Shown here piece by piece: positions 49,150 through 60,797 of a DNA stretch of 64,000 nt. The position numbers and the translations under genes were made by a program. Numbering within the stretch: position 1 is the stretch's first letter; each line of letters starts with the position of its first letter. The notes under the pieces were generated by a model. It was given only the letters and a program-made list of their open reading frames with translations. It did no database searches and was not told the DNA's origin. This DNA comes from an uncultured Verrucomicrobiae bacterium. GTDB lineage: Bacteria; Verrucomicrobiota; Verrucomicrobiia; Chthoniobacterales; UBA10450. The stretch lies in the NCBI GenBank assembly GCA_963821915.1, contig CAWGFS010000017.1, positions 8,178 to 72,177 on the forward strand, written 5' to 3'.

Positions 49150-51730
49150 TTAAATCTTACGCGCGGGACGGACGGTGGCGAGGACATAAGGTTGCCGGAA
49201 ATATTTTGCCGCCACTCGCCGGATGTCCTCGGGGGTGATCTTTTCGATCTCGGCTTCCAATTTTTTGAAATGATCGAAGCCAAGGCCATAAAGTTCATCG
49301 AGCGCCGCCATGTAACCAAAGGAATCGTTGCTTTGGTTGGCGATCCGTTGCTGGCCGATCAGCTTTTTCTTCGCCCGCGTCAGCTCATCGTTCGTTAGGC
49401 CAGAGGCGGCCAGTTTTCCGATTTCATCAAGCAACGCGGCCTTGACCAGGTCGAGCTTCCCGGGATCCGTCCCGAGATAAAAAGCGAAGAGCCCCGGCAC
49501 CAGTCCCTGCATCTGGCTGGCGCCGACATAATAGGCCAGCCCCATCTCCTCTCGGATGCGAACAAAAAAGCGCGAGCCCAGATCGCTGCTCGCCTCGTCG
49601 ATCAATTCCAGCGCGTAACGATCCGGACTAAACATATCCGCGCCGCGATAACCGACCATCAGGACGCCCTGGGCCTTTTCCTTCAATTCCTCGACCGCAA
49701 TCGTCTTCGCGAGCAGTGGGGAGGGCGAAGCGTGCGTCAGAGCGAGCTCGCCCTGATTCATCCCGGCGAGCATCTGCTCCAAGAGTTCTCGCACTTCTGC
49801 GGCCCTGACGTTGCCGAAGACGGAGATGACGCCGTTCTTCGCCACCACGTAACGATCGCGAAAGGCAAGCAGATCCTCTTGCCGTAAGCTGGCTGACGGC
49901 TTCCGGCGTTCCTTTGGCTCGCAGGGCGTAGGGATGCTCGCCGAAGAGCGCGCCGCGCAGGATGTTGCGCGCGACGGTGGTGAGCTGTTCATCGTCGTCG
50001 CGAATGCCCGCCAGCTGCACTTCTCTTTCCCGGGCAACGGCTTTTTGCGGCATCGTCGCATTGAGCAAAATGTCGCTGAGCAATTCCGCCCCGAGTCGCA
50101 AATCGGGCTTCGTGACGTCGAGCGAAATGCTGAAGCTGTTATTGCCCGCGTCGCTTCCCAGGTTGCCGCCGACCGCTTCGATCGTGTCCGCAATCTGCTC
50201 GGCGGTGCGTGTCGTTGTCCCCTTCACCATCACCTTGGCCATCAAACGCGTGAGGCCATTCGTCGCTCGCGTTTCCGCGAGCAATCCACCGCGAAAAACC
50301 GCGACCATCGAGACGAGCGGAAGGCGCGGATCCTCTCGCACGAGCAGGCGCAGTCCGTTGGAGAGCTCGAACTTCTCCACCTCGCCGGCCGAGACGGCGA
50401 CGGCTTCGGTTGTCTTGGCGGCGAGCGTGCCGCGCGGGTTTAGCGAAACGACGGTCAGATTATCCTCCACCAGATATCGCCGGGCGACGCGCTGGATGTC
50501 CTCGAGCGACACCTTTTGCATCGCCTCGAGATAGTCGCGCGTGAAGTTGAGGTTGCGCGTGACGAACCAGTTCGAGCCTAGATCGGATGCCTGGCCGCGC
50601 ATGGTGGTGAGCGAGCCTAACGAATGGCCGAGCGAAATCTTTTTCGCTTTGGCCAGCTCTTCGGCCGTCACGCCGGTCTGCTGCAGCTCGGCGATGATCT
50701 CGAGGATCAACCGCTCCGCCTCCACCCGATGCTCCGGCTCGAGCGTCGCGTCGATCCCGAGCAGCCCGGGATCGCCCGGAGTGTAGGAAAAGGCCGAGAC
50801 CCCAAAAACCAGACCCGCTTCCTCGCGCACCCGCCGATAGAGTCGCGAGCTGCGGCCATCGCCGAGAATGGTCGAAAGCAGATCGAGCGCCGGCACGTCG
50901 GGATGGGTGATCTCCGGGATGTGCCAGGCCAGCGCGAGACGCGTCAGTTCCGTGGAAAACTCTTCATTCACCTCCCGCCGCCCCTGCTGCGGCGGCTCCT
51001 GCGGGATGTAGCCCGGCGGGAGCGATCGCGCTGGATAGCCGGCAAAGTATTTTTCGAGCTGCGCGTAAACCTCGCCCGCATCGACATCGCCGACGATGAC
51101 GAACGTGAGATTGTTAGGCACGTAGCGCGCCCGGTAGTACTCCAGCACGTCTTGCTGTGTGAGTTGGTCGAAGATTTGAATCTCGCCGATCACCGGGATG
51201 CGATAGGGATGCCGCTGATAGGCGGTTTTGAACATGAGTTGCCCCATCATCCGATCGGGATCGTCGTAGAGCATGGCGAACTCTCGCCGGATGACTTCCT
51301 GTTCCTTGCTGTACTCCTCTGGCGGGAGGGTGGAGTTCATCATCGCGTCGGCCAGAATATCGAGCGCGCTCGCGACCCCTTCCCGCGGCACGTCGATCCA
51401 AAAGACGGTCCGATCGAAGGAAGTATAGGCGTTGATGTAGCCGCCCTGGTCCTGGACGCTTTGCGCGATCGCATTGGTCGAGCGCGTCCTGGTGCCCTTG
51501 AAGAGCATGTGCTCGAGAATATGCGAGAGGCCGGCGCCGAGATGGCGGCCTTCGTTGATGCTGCCCGTGCCGCACCAGGCCTGCACGCTTGCGACCGGCG
51601 CGCTCCGATCGGTCTGCACGATTATCGTTAGGCCGTCAGGCAGAGTCCATTGCTGCGCGGTGACCGGCGGAAACGTGATCGCCGTCGAGTTGCCCGGCGG
51701 CGCGGTCTTGAGTCGAGCGGTAGTCAACAT
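49150..51730 (-). CDS. Two-module M16 (pitrilysin/insulinase) family peptidase of about 860 aa, one +1 disruption near 49882
   Basis: The HILEHMLFKGT zinc motif is in the N-terminal module. The second M16-like module continues without a stop. ORF 49628-51730 joins ORF 49150-50193 at AVSQLT/QEDLLAFRDRYV. Confidence 0.85.
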
Positions 51731-51767
51731 GGCGACAAGTGCGGACGACAGGCCCGAGCCGGGCGGC

Positions 51768-52307
51768 TCATGAAACTTTTGGCGCGGGCAGGGCGCGCGG
51801 CAACCTGGCCGGGGCGGACGCGGTCTCGGGCAGGAACGGCTTCACAAAGGCGTCGTGAAACGTGTAGACTGATTTGAAGTCCTCGAGCGAATCCTGCTCC
51901 GTCTTTCCGAAAATGCCGGCCCCGATCAGGTTGAAAACCATCTGCCCGATGTCCTCGCAGCGCTCGACACCCCAATAGGAAAAGACGGTCAACGCCATCG
52001 GTCCAAACTCCTTCAAGGCATAGAGCCGCACACCTTCGAGCAATTCCGGGCCCGCCACGTGACGGACGGTGGCGCCCTTCGATTTTTTCTGCTGCTTGGT
52101 CGTGTAGTCGAGCGCATCGCGCAGGAACACGTAGGCGTCCCGATGATAACGCTGGTCGGTCGCGACGATGGAATCGAGTGCTTCGGCAAATCCAATTTTC
52201 TGCATGGCAAGGGAGCTGGTCGGGAGGGAAACGAGCGCTATGATAATCAGCAACCCCCACCTGAGCAACTGGTGCAAGGTGAATATGCGCCCGATTCTCC
52301 TCTGCAT
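51768..52307 (-). CDS. Conserved hypothetical protein
   Basis: Protein-like composition (RYHRDAYVFLRDALDYT...). The start is uncertain (52307 or 52205). Confidence 0.5.
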   Translation of the reverse strand: MQRRIGRIFTLHQLLRWGLLIIIALVSLPTSSLAMQKIGFAEALDSIVATDQRYHRDAYVFLRDALDYTTKQQKKSKGATVRHVAGPELLEGVRLYALKEFGPMALTVFSYWGVERCEDIGQMVFNLIGAGIFGKTEQDSLEDFKSVYTFHDAFVKPFLPETASAPARLPRALPAPKVS

Positions 52308-52432
52308 CTTGGTGGCCACCTCGTGACTGCTTCCCGTGGAGCGAGCGTCAGCTCGGCACACGCGATCGCCGCGAACAAATCCGGCACGAGAAATGCCTTC
52401 GGAGGCATCCCGGGTCCGCCTTCCGTGGAAGT

Positions 52433-53744
52433 TCAATTCGTCTGCATCTCGAGCGAATCGAGATAGACCGAGATCGGATCGCGCCGGCGCGGCAGCGCTT
52501 CATCGGCGGTTTCGAGGATCTCCGAGAAGGCTCCGCTCGTCGTTTTGCTATGCGTCGCCTCGTACCAATTGAGGTAGTCATCGACCGCGGGGCGCTGCCG
52601 CTCGATCACGGCGCGATAGTTCGCGACCCGCTCGAGCCTCTCCGGCACCCAGTGTGTCTTGCCTCGCGCAAGCATCTCGGCGAGCTCGTAGTCTTCCTGC
52701 ACGATGGCCCGGTAGGACGGATGTGCCCGCACTCCGAGGAGCAGCAATTGCTGGCCGACCTGCCGGAGCACCGCGCGGGACGCAGGCAGTTTGGGAAACG
52801 TTTTGTAGTCGCCTAACGAGTAATCACGCACCCGCCCGTCAGGCGCGGGAATGGAAAAGCGCAGAACGCGATCGAGCTGGGCGACGGTGTCCGCCGCGCT
52901 CAATGTCTCATAGCGGTCCATGGCAGAGAGTTGAGCCACACTCAGGGCCCACCACTTGCGCCGGCGCACGCCCGAGCGTCTCCGGAAAATGCGCCTGCAG
53001 ATCGGCCACGGCGTCGTTAGGCGCATCAGGAAGGTCGGTGATAAACTGCGCGACCTTGAACCGGCCACCGGGAACGTCGAGCAACAATTGAACGAGCGCC
53101 CGGGCATAGGCCTCGTGGAGCTGCCGCGAGGGCGCGTCGAGCTGCGCCCGCCGTTGCCTGACGATATCTTCGAGCGGGCTGATTCTTTTCGAAGCGACAA
53201 TCGATCGCAGAAGTTCGGCATCGTTATCCGAAGCGCGTCCCGGCTGCAATGCCAGCATGCCCTCCACCAGCCAATCCGGCGGCGTGACGTAGGGCATGCC
53301 AGCCGCGAGGTTGCCCCGATCGCGATACATCAGTTCGACCAGGATGGCTCGCAACAACTCGCGCTGCACGCCGACGCCCTTCATTTCCCGGGTCAGGAGC
53401 AAATTGAGTTGCAGCTTCAAGCCGTATCCCAGCTGGCTGACGTCGAGTTGCACCAAGGGCGCATCGGGAACGTTTGCCCGGGGATAGTCGAGGTTGACGA
53501 TGAGAGGCGTTTGCCAACTATCGCGCAGACCGAGGAGCCGCAGGAGGTCAGACTTGGTGCGCTCCGCCAGGTCGCAGATCATCCCGCGCACTCGGACCTC
53601 GGCGCCATAGACGAGAAACTGCCGTGAAGTGCTGGTGCTGCGCTCCTTGCCCGCGGACCAGGCCACGCCCGCGGTCAGACAGAGAAGAAAGGCAAACGGG
53701 TGGAAGATTTTTCGCGGGGAGAACATCGACGACCGAGGACGCAC
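52433..53744 (-). CDS. Secreted hypothetical protein of about 437 aa, one +1 disruption near 52965
   Basis: ORF 52908-53744 (signal peptide) continues in ORF 52433-53221 at HFPETLGR/...WWALSVAQLSAMDRYETL. Confidence 0.55.
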
Positions 53745-53835
53745 AATACGATATTTTCAGTGGCAAAAAACGTGAAAATGCGGCTCTTTATGCTATGCTT
53801 TTGTCATCCAAACAAAGGGAAAGAAAGGTAAAAAC

Positions 53836-54393
53836 ATGAAACTGACGCGAATCTTAATGATGGCTGTTGCGGCGGCGGCATTGTCGGTGTTCGCCATCCC
53901 GGCTGACGCGCAAATGCGGGGACACAACGGCGGCAACTGGCATGGCGGTGGCAATTGGCACGGCGGCAACTGGCATGGCGGAAACTGGCACGGGGGCAAT
54001 CGGGTGAACTTTTTCTTCGGCGGGTTTGGATATCCTTATTTTGGGTATCCGTACTGGGGCGCTCCTTATTATTACGGTGGCTATCCCTACGGTTACCGGT
54101 GGCTACCCTACGGTTACCCGGTGGGCGCATATTACAGCTACGATCCGCGCGGAATATATCAGGGAAGGGTTGTAAACCCGGGACAGCCAACAAATGAAGG
54201 CGGTGGAAAGGATTTTTCCATGGCCGCGCGCGTCCAGCGAGAGTTGGCGACCGCCGGTTACTACCGCGGCGCGATTGACGGGATCGTCGGGGATGGCACA
54301 CGCCGCGCGATCCGGAATTACGAGCGCGACAACGGTCTGCCGGTGGATGGCGAGATTGACAACCAGTTGCTGGCCACGATGGGCCACGGGTAA
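53836..54393 (+). CDS. Secreted protein with GNWHG pentapeptide repeats, a Tyr/Gly/Pro-rich segment and a C-terminal peptidoglycan-binding domain
   Basis: Signal peptide, four GNWHG repeats, GYPYFGYPYWGAPYYYGGYPYGY, then VQRELATAGYYRGAIDGIVGDGTRRAIRNYERDNGLPVDGEID. Confidence 0.7.
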   Translation: MKLTRILMMAVAAAALSVFAIPADAQMRGHNGGNWHGGGNWHGGNWHGGNWHGGNRVNFFFGGFGYPYFGYPYWGAPYYYGGYPYGYRWLPYGYPVGAYYSYDPRGIYQGRVVNPGQPTNEGGGKDFSMAARVQRELATAGYYRGAIDGIVGDGTRRAIRNYERDNGLPVDGEIDNQLLATMGHG

Positions 54394-54407
54394 AGCGTCG
54401 ATTGCTC

Positions 54408-54469
54408 TCGGTTAGGCCGACGCCTCGCCAGCAAGTGCCGGGCGCTGCCGCGAGGCGGGTTCGTTAGGC
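54408..54469 (+). repeat. Pair of TCGGTTAGGCC / TCGTTAGGC words in a convergent-gene spacer
   Basis: TCGGTTAGGCC is at 54408-54418 and TCGTTAGGC at 54461-54469, in the same orientation. Confidence 0.7.
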
Positions 54470-54480
54470 GGAAAGGGCTC

Positions 54481-55224
54481 TCAGCGCGCGACGATCAGCG
54501 TCACGGACTGGGGGTGAAATTCGATGCCGGCCATTCGCGCAACCGATTTACGCTCCCGGGCCAGGCACTCCCAGGCTTTTCCCAAGAGGAGATCCGCATA
54601 TTTCATGAGCACGGGATGGATCGGCATCCGGCCGATGTAACCACCCATGTTCGCCGTCGTAATCTTGCCGTTATTGATCGTCACACGATAAGCGCTGCCG
54701 CAAAAAATCGAGAGTTGCAATATCCGGCGTTCGACGTGGACCCAGCATTGACCTTCCTGGAACTGGACGAAGACGCGCCGGAGCGGGAAGTAACCCTGGT
54801 GGGCCGGACTGTCCTTGCGCCGCACGGTGGCTGCGAGGTAGCTGTTCGCCTGCTCTTCGTTGTAAACAAGAGAGGCTGCGTGATGACTGGAGACCGCTGA
54901 CATCATATCCATGCCGATCAAGGGCGCGAAGCTGTAGTTTTTCGGCGCCGGCGGCAGATCGGGCGGTAGAAGCATCACGATCACCACCGCGAGACAAAGC
55001 GCGCCCAGAAACGTCTTGCCAAGCTTGGTCGCGATGCGTTTGCCGCGTCCGCGATTTGGCCGGAACATCTTTTTGAGATGCTGGCGTGTCCGCTCCTCGG
55101 CGACGGCTTCGTCGACCTTTTCCTTGATCAGTCCAGTGCGATCGAGACGCGCGCCGCAGTTGTGACAATAGATTCGCTCCGGCTCGTTTTCGTGCTGACA
55201 ATCCGGACAAATGAGCTTGGTCAT
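54481..55224 (-). CDS. Zinc-ribbon membrane protein of unknown function
   Basis: Starts MTKLICPDCQHENEPERIYCHNCGARL and has one TM helix. Its ATG overlaps the restored stop of the upstream FmdB-like gene (ATGA). Confidence 0.6.
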   Translation of the reverse strand: MTKLICPDCQHENEPERIYCHNCGARLDRTGLIKEKVDEAVAEERTRQHLKKMFRPNRGRGKRIATKLGKTFLGALCLAVVIVMLLPPDLPPAPKNYSFAPLIGMDMMSAVSSHHAASLVYNEEQANSYLAATVRRKDSPAHQGYFPLRRVFVQFQEGQCWVHVERRILQLSIFCGSAYRVTINNGKITTANMGGYIGRMPIHPVLMKYADLLLGKAWECLARERKSVARMAGIEFHPQSVTLIVAR

Positions 55225-55581
55225 GAACCGGAGTCCTTTTTCGCTTTGGTTTCCGGCGTTTTCGCGGGCGCCGTTGCGGGCCCGGGCTTCCCGTCCGCTT
55301 TGCCGCCCGCGTTTTCGCTGCTGCTTTTTTCGCCTCTGCGAAGGCGATTCTTTTTTGGCGCCTTCCTTATAGGAATCACTGCGGTAGTCCGTGATGTAGA
55401 AACCGGAGCCTTTGAAAATCAGCCCCGCTCCCGTCCCTAGAAGCCGCTTCACGTTCCCTTTGCCCCATCTCGCCTGCCGGCAGAGTGCCTTTGGACAAAC
55501 CTTGAAAGGTTCATCTCGCATCGATTGGTAAGCGTCGAAATTTTGCCCGCATTTCTGGCAGGCGTATTCGTAGGTCGGCAT
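55221..55581 (-). CDS. FmdB family zinc-ribbon regulatory protein, one +1 disruption in a poly-A run
   Basis: MPTYEYACQKCGQNFD...CPKALC is the CxxC_CxxC_SSSS signature. After the A-runs (about 55325-55356) the alternative frame gives EKSSSENAGGKADGKPGPATAPAKTPETKAKKDSGS, then a stop. Confidence 0.75.
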
Positions 55582-55723
55582 GGATTGAGCTTGTTAGTGC
55601 AAGATGGTCGCCAGTGTCAGCAAATTTAAGCAGAATTCAAGCCGCACCATGAGGTATGCTTGCGCGTCGGGTCGTCTTGACTTTCCAAAGCCGCCCGCGT
55701 TATTTGCGCTTCCCGCCGTGAAA

Positions 55724-56347
55724 ATGCCTGTCTCTCGCTCTTCTCCGTGTCTTTTTTCGGCGGTCGCCGTATTCGCATTGGTCGCTTTGGGCGGCTGCGG
55801 CGAAGACGATCCGCGGCTGGCTTATGGACAGACGCAGTATCTCGGCGGTGTCTACGGGGATTCGCCGGTCGCCTCAACCGCGCCGGTCGACAACGTCTCT
55901 TATTGGGATGGCGAGGGGGTGCCCGGGAAACCCTCGGTCAAGATCAGCCTCGGCGAGCAGCGCGCGTATTTTTACAAGAGCGGACAGCTGGTCGGGATCT
56001 CGCAACTCTCGACCGGGCGCGAGGGACTCGGCACGCCGGCGGGTCAATACAAGATCACGCAAAAGGATGTTGAGCATGCCTCCAGCCGTTACGGCGATTA
56101 CGTTGATGCGAGCGACAATGTCGTGGTCCCCAACATTGACAATGAGAAGGATCCGAAACCGCCCGGGACCCACTACAAAGGCGCGCCGATGCCGTATTTC
56201 ATGCGCATCGTCGGGGGCGTCGGCATGCATGCCGGCTACCTGCCAGGTTACCCCGCCTCGCATGGTTGCATTCGGATGCCGGAATTCATGGCGGAGGATT
56301 TTTTCAATAACGTCGAAATCGGCACGCCGGTTACGATTGGGCCGTAG
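55724..56347 (+). CDS. L,D-transpeptidase (YkuD domain) lipoprotein
   Basis: Lipobox LGGC and catalytic HAGYLPGYPASHGCIRM. Confidence 0.85.
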   Translation: MPVSRSSPCLFSAVAVFALVALGGCGEDDPRLAYGQTQYLGGVYGDSPVASTAPVDNVSYWDGEGVPGKPSVKISLGEQRAYFYKSGQLVGISQLSTGREGLGTPAGQYKITQKDVEHASSRYGDYVDASDNVVVPNIDNEKDPKPPGTHYKGAPMPYFMRIVGGVGMHAGYLPGYPASHGCIRMPEFMAEDFFNNVEIGTPVTIGP

Positions 56348-56419
56348 AGCCCGCCCTTTCGCCCAGCAGCGCAGGGTTGCCCGCCGTCGCGCAGAGGTTA
56401 AACTCCTGCGCCTCGCGAC

Positions 56420-57439
56420 ATGATCATCATCACTCAACCGACTGTGACCGATGCGCAGATCGACCATATCGTCGCGCGGATCGAGGAGTTCGGTCTCCGC
56501 TCCCAAGTGATGCGCGGCGAAACGCGCGTCGTCATTGGTGTGATCGGCCCTGACGAATTGATCCGTGAGAAACCGCTTGCCGCGATTCCGGGAGTGGAGT
56601 CCGTCGTCCCGGTGATGAAACCCTACAAGCTGGTCGCACAGGAGAATGGCTCCTTGCCGCCGCCTGTCTCGATCGGCGACGTAAAAATCGGCAGCGGACA
56701 GCGTGTCGTGCTGATCTCCGGTCCCTGCTCGGTCGAGAGCAAGGAACAGACTGCTCTCGATCGCGAACGCGGTGAAAAAAGCCGGCGCGCGGGTCCTGCG
56801 CGGCGGAGCGTTCAAACCGCGCACCTCGCCCTACAGTTTCCAGGGTTTAGGCGAAGACGGGCTCCGTTATTCTGGCCGAAGCGCGGGCCGATACCGGGCT
56901 GCCGATCATTACTGAAATCATGGACACGCGCGATCTGGAACGGGTCGAAAAATACGCCGATTGCCTCCAGATCGGCTCGCGCAACATGCAGAACTTTGCC
57001 CTGCTTAAGGAAGTCGGCCGAAGTCGTCTGCCGGTCCTGCTCAAGCGCGGCTTCAGCGCGACGATCAACGACCTGCTCATGAGCGCGGAATACATCCTGA
57101 GCGAAGGCAACCCGCAACGTCCTCCTCTGCGAACGCGGCATCCGCACCTTCGAAACGATGACGCGCAACACCCTCGATCTCAATGCGGTCCCGATCTTGA
57201 AAGCGAAGACGCGCTTGCCGGTCGTGGTCGATCCGACCCACGGCATTGGCCTGCGCGATTACGTGCCGCAAATGTCGCTCGCCGCGGTCGCGGCCGGGGC
57301 GGACGCGTTGATGATCGAAGTGCACGACGATCCCGAGCGCGCCCGGAGCGATGGCGAACAGGCGCTGCGGCCGGAAGCTTTTGCCGATCTCGTTAGGCGG
57401 ATTCGAGCCGTCGCCGAAGCAGTCGGGCGCGAGGTATAG
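56420..57439 (+). CDS. aroF: 3-deoxy-7-phosphoheptulonate (DAHP) synthase, type I-beta with N-terminal regulatory domain; three +1 disruptions (about 56760, 56867, 57116)
   Basis: [40 protein letters not shown] and VVDPTHG can be followed through frames f2-f0-f1-f2. Confidence 0.85.
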
Positions 57440-57528
57440 GCGAGCAGCGGATTGCCGCGTCTGGAATTGCCGCAGGAGTTCGGAAGCGGCGAAATTGAAC
57501 TTCGCTCGCCTTTCGGCGAGAGCATGGC

Positions 57529-60500
57529 GTGGAAAAATCGTCGGGCGCCGACCTTCTAAAAATCGTCGCCGACGCGGAGCCGATCGCGCGCCAATTGCAG
57601 GCGCTGCGCGAAGGCGTGCGTCCGGTGACCTTTTCGCATGTCATCGAATCGGCGCGCGCCTTTCTGGTCGCGGTTCTCGCCCGTGAAATTCCGCAAACGC
57701 TTTGGGTCATCTGTCCGAGTGTGCGCACCCAGGAACTGCTCCATGAAAGCCTGACGAACTGGTTGCCGGAGGCGCTCTTCCTGCCCGAGGCCGAGTTTTT
57801 CGGCGGTCGAAAACATTCTGCCCGACCAGGAGATCGCCGCCGAACGGCTCGCCCTGCTCAGCCGGGTTGAGGAAAGCCGGCAGCGCCACGTCGTCGTCGC
57901 GACGCGCGCCAGCCTCGATCAGCCGGCGCCGAAGCGCGGCACGCTCCGGGAGGCCGCGCTGAAGCTGCGCCGTGGCAGCGTCGAAACCGCTCGAGCGTGT
58001 CATCAATTCGTTAGGCGAAGCCGGTTACGAGCGCGTCGCACAGGTGACGACGCGCGGGCAATTCGCGGTCCGCGGCGGAATTCTCGATGTCTATTCGTGG
58101 CAGGCGCCTGCGCCGATTCGGGCCGAGTTCTTCGGCGACGAGATCGAGTCGCTCCGCGAATTCGATCTCGATACGCAGACTTCGCTCCGCAATCTGAATG
58201 AGGTCGAGCTCTTGCTCGGCGCGGCCGACGATCAGAGCGGGAAGGTGCGCGATTACATCGGGAAGGAGCATCTACGAGTGGCGATCGAGGACGCGGACGA
58301 GAACGCGGACGTTTTCATTAGCGAGGGCTGGCTGGCCGGCACTTCAGAGCAGCATTCAGGAGAGCAAATTGAAGTGGGAAGGTACCCTGCGCAATCGAAG
58401 AGGCCGGGCGTTTCATCACGTGATGAAACCATGGATGACATCGAAGATTTCAGCGGCGCCTTTGTCGATTGCGAGATCGGCGAATTCGACACCGGCGAGT
58501 TCATCATCGCCGAGGCGAAACGACAGCAGTTCTTCGCCCGCCTGACAACCTGGCGCGAAGACGGAGCCCGAATCGCGATTTACTTCCAGACCGAAGGCGA
58601 GATCGAACGCTTTCGCGAGATCATGGCGGAGGCCAGGATTTCGTTAGGCGAAATCGATTTACTCGAAGGGCACGCTCGCCCGCGGCTTCTGTTTTCCCGC
58701 GGCCAACCTCGTCGTGCTTGCCGCGGCGGAACTTTTCGGCCGCGCCCCGACGCACGGGCGGCGCCGTCTGCAGCGCGCCGCGAAGTTCGGCACGCACCGC
58801 GCGCAGATCGATTTCAGCGAACTGAACGAAGGCGAACTCGTCGTTCATCTCGAGCACGGCATCGGCCGTTTTCTCGGACTGCAACGCATGGGCGGCCCGG
58901 AGACGGGCGAAGTGCTGGCAATCGAATTTGCCGAAGAGGCGAAACTCTACGTCCCGCTCGAGCAGGCCTTCATGGTCTCGCGCTACGTCGGCGTCGGGAA
59001 AAAATCACCGCCGCTCAGTTCGCTGGCCGACGCGAAATGGACGCGAGCGAAAAAGAACGCCGTCGCCTCGATTTTCGATTACGCGGGCAAAATGCTCGCG
59101 CTGCAGGCCGAGCGCGAGACCCAGCGCGGCCACGCCTTCGGCCCCGACACCAAATGGCAGCTCGAGTTCGAGCATTCGTTTCCGTTCCGCGAGACGCCCG
59201 ATCAGCTGGAAGGCGATCGCCGAAACGAAGCGCGACATGGAGGAACCGCGCTCGATGGATCGCCTGATCTGCGGCGACGTCGGCTTCGGCAAAACCGAGG
59301 TCGCGATTCGCGCCGCCTTCAAGGCGGTGATGGAAGGCAAACAGGTCGCCGTCCTCACCCCGACGACCGTGCTCGCGCAGCAGCATTTCGAAACGTTTCG
59401 CCAGCGAATGCTCGATTATCCGGTGCGAATCGAAATGCTGAGCCGGTTCCGCTCGCCGGCGGAACAGCGCAAGGTGCTCGAAGCAATTGCGCGAGGGCGG
59501 CGTCGATGTCGTCGTCGGCACGCATCGGCTGATTTCCGGCGACGTGGTTTTCAAGGATCTCGGTCTGGTCGTGATCGACGAGGAGCAGCGCTTCGGCGTG
59601 CTGCACAAGGAAAAATTCAAGGAACTCTTCAAGCTCGTCGACGTGCTCACGCTCTCGGCGACGCCGATTCCGCGCACGCTTTACCTGTCGTTAGTCGGAG
59701 TGAAAGACATGTCGACGATCGAGACCCCGCCGCTCAATCGGCTCCCGGTCGAGACGGTGATTTGCGGTTACGACGAGCGCATCATTCGCGATGCGATCAA
59801 TCGCGAGCTCGAGCGCCAGGGTCAGGTTTACTTCCTGCACAATCGCGTCATGTCGATCCAGAAAGTGCGCGACCGCATCGCGGAGCTTTGTCCGGGCGCG
59901 CGGGTCGAATTCGGCCACGGCCAGATGGACGCGGACGAACTGGAAGACGTCATGCAGCGCTTCGTCGCGGGGAAAATCGATGTCCTCATTTGCACCACGA
60001 TCATCGAGAGCGGACTCGATATTCCGAACGCGAACACGATCATCATCGATCGGGCCGATCGTTTCGGGTTGGCCGATCTTTATCAACTGCGGGGCCGCGT
60101 CGGCCGCGCCGAACACAAGGCCTATGCCTACCTCCTTCTCCCGCGCGAGATGATGACGGTCGGCGCGGCGCGCAAGCGGATCAACGCCATCCAGCAATAC
60201 AGTTCGTTAGGCGCCGGCTTCCGCATCGCGATGCGCGATCTGGAGATTCGCGGCGCCGGCAGCATTCTCGGCACTGCGCAAAGCGGTCACATCGTCGCGG
60301 TCGGGTTCGATCTTTACTGCCAGCTGTTGAAGCAGGCGGTCGCGCAACTGAAAGGCGAAAAGCTCCGGCCACGGCTCGAGGTGGAGGTGCGGCTCGATTT
60401 CGTCGCCACGAACGAAGGCGAATATCTTGCCGCCGGCCCCGAAAAGCTCGTGCCCGCGTTCATTCCCACAGCCTACATCAGCGATGCCGCGCTCCGGATT

Positions 60501-60797
60501 CAGGCCTACCGGAACCTGGCCGAAATCACGACCCCCGAACAGCTCCAGCGGCTCCGGCGCGACTGGCGCGATCGCTTCGGAAAGTGGCCGGAGCCGGTTG
60601 ACAATTTGTTCTTACTCAGCGAAATCAAGCTTTCTGCCGCCCGGGCTCGCGTCAGCCGGGTCGAGGTGCGCGAGGGCAAATTGATGCTCAGCCGTCGGGG
60701 CGACTTTATCCTTGTCGGTGGCAAATTTCCTCGCTTAACTTCCGGTAAAATCGATCTCAATCTCCCTGAGGTGTGGCAATGGTTAAAGCAACTCTAA
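57529..60797 (+). CDS. mfd: Transcription-repair coupling factor; five +1 disruptions (about 57802, 57985, 58670, 59208, 59497)
   Basis: [47 protein letters not shown] (Walker A), DEEQRFGV, helicase C motifs and the TRG region [18 protein letters not shown], followed through frames f1-f2-f0-f1-f2-f0. Confidence 0.9.

Noticed and set aside
58928-60601. A 557-aa ORF in the mfd region.
   Set aside because: Only its first about 190 codons are the true mfd frame. The remainder is an Arg-rich out-of-frame read-through created by the frame disruption near 59497.
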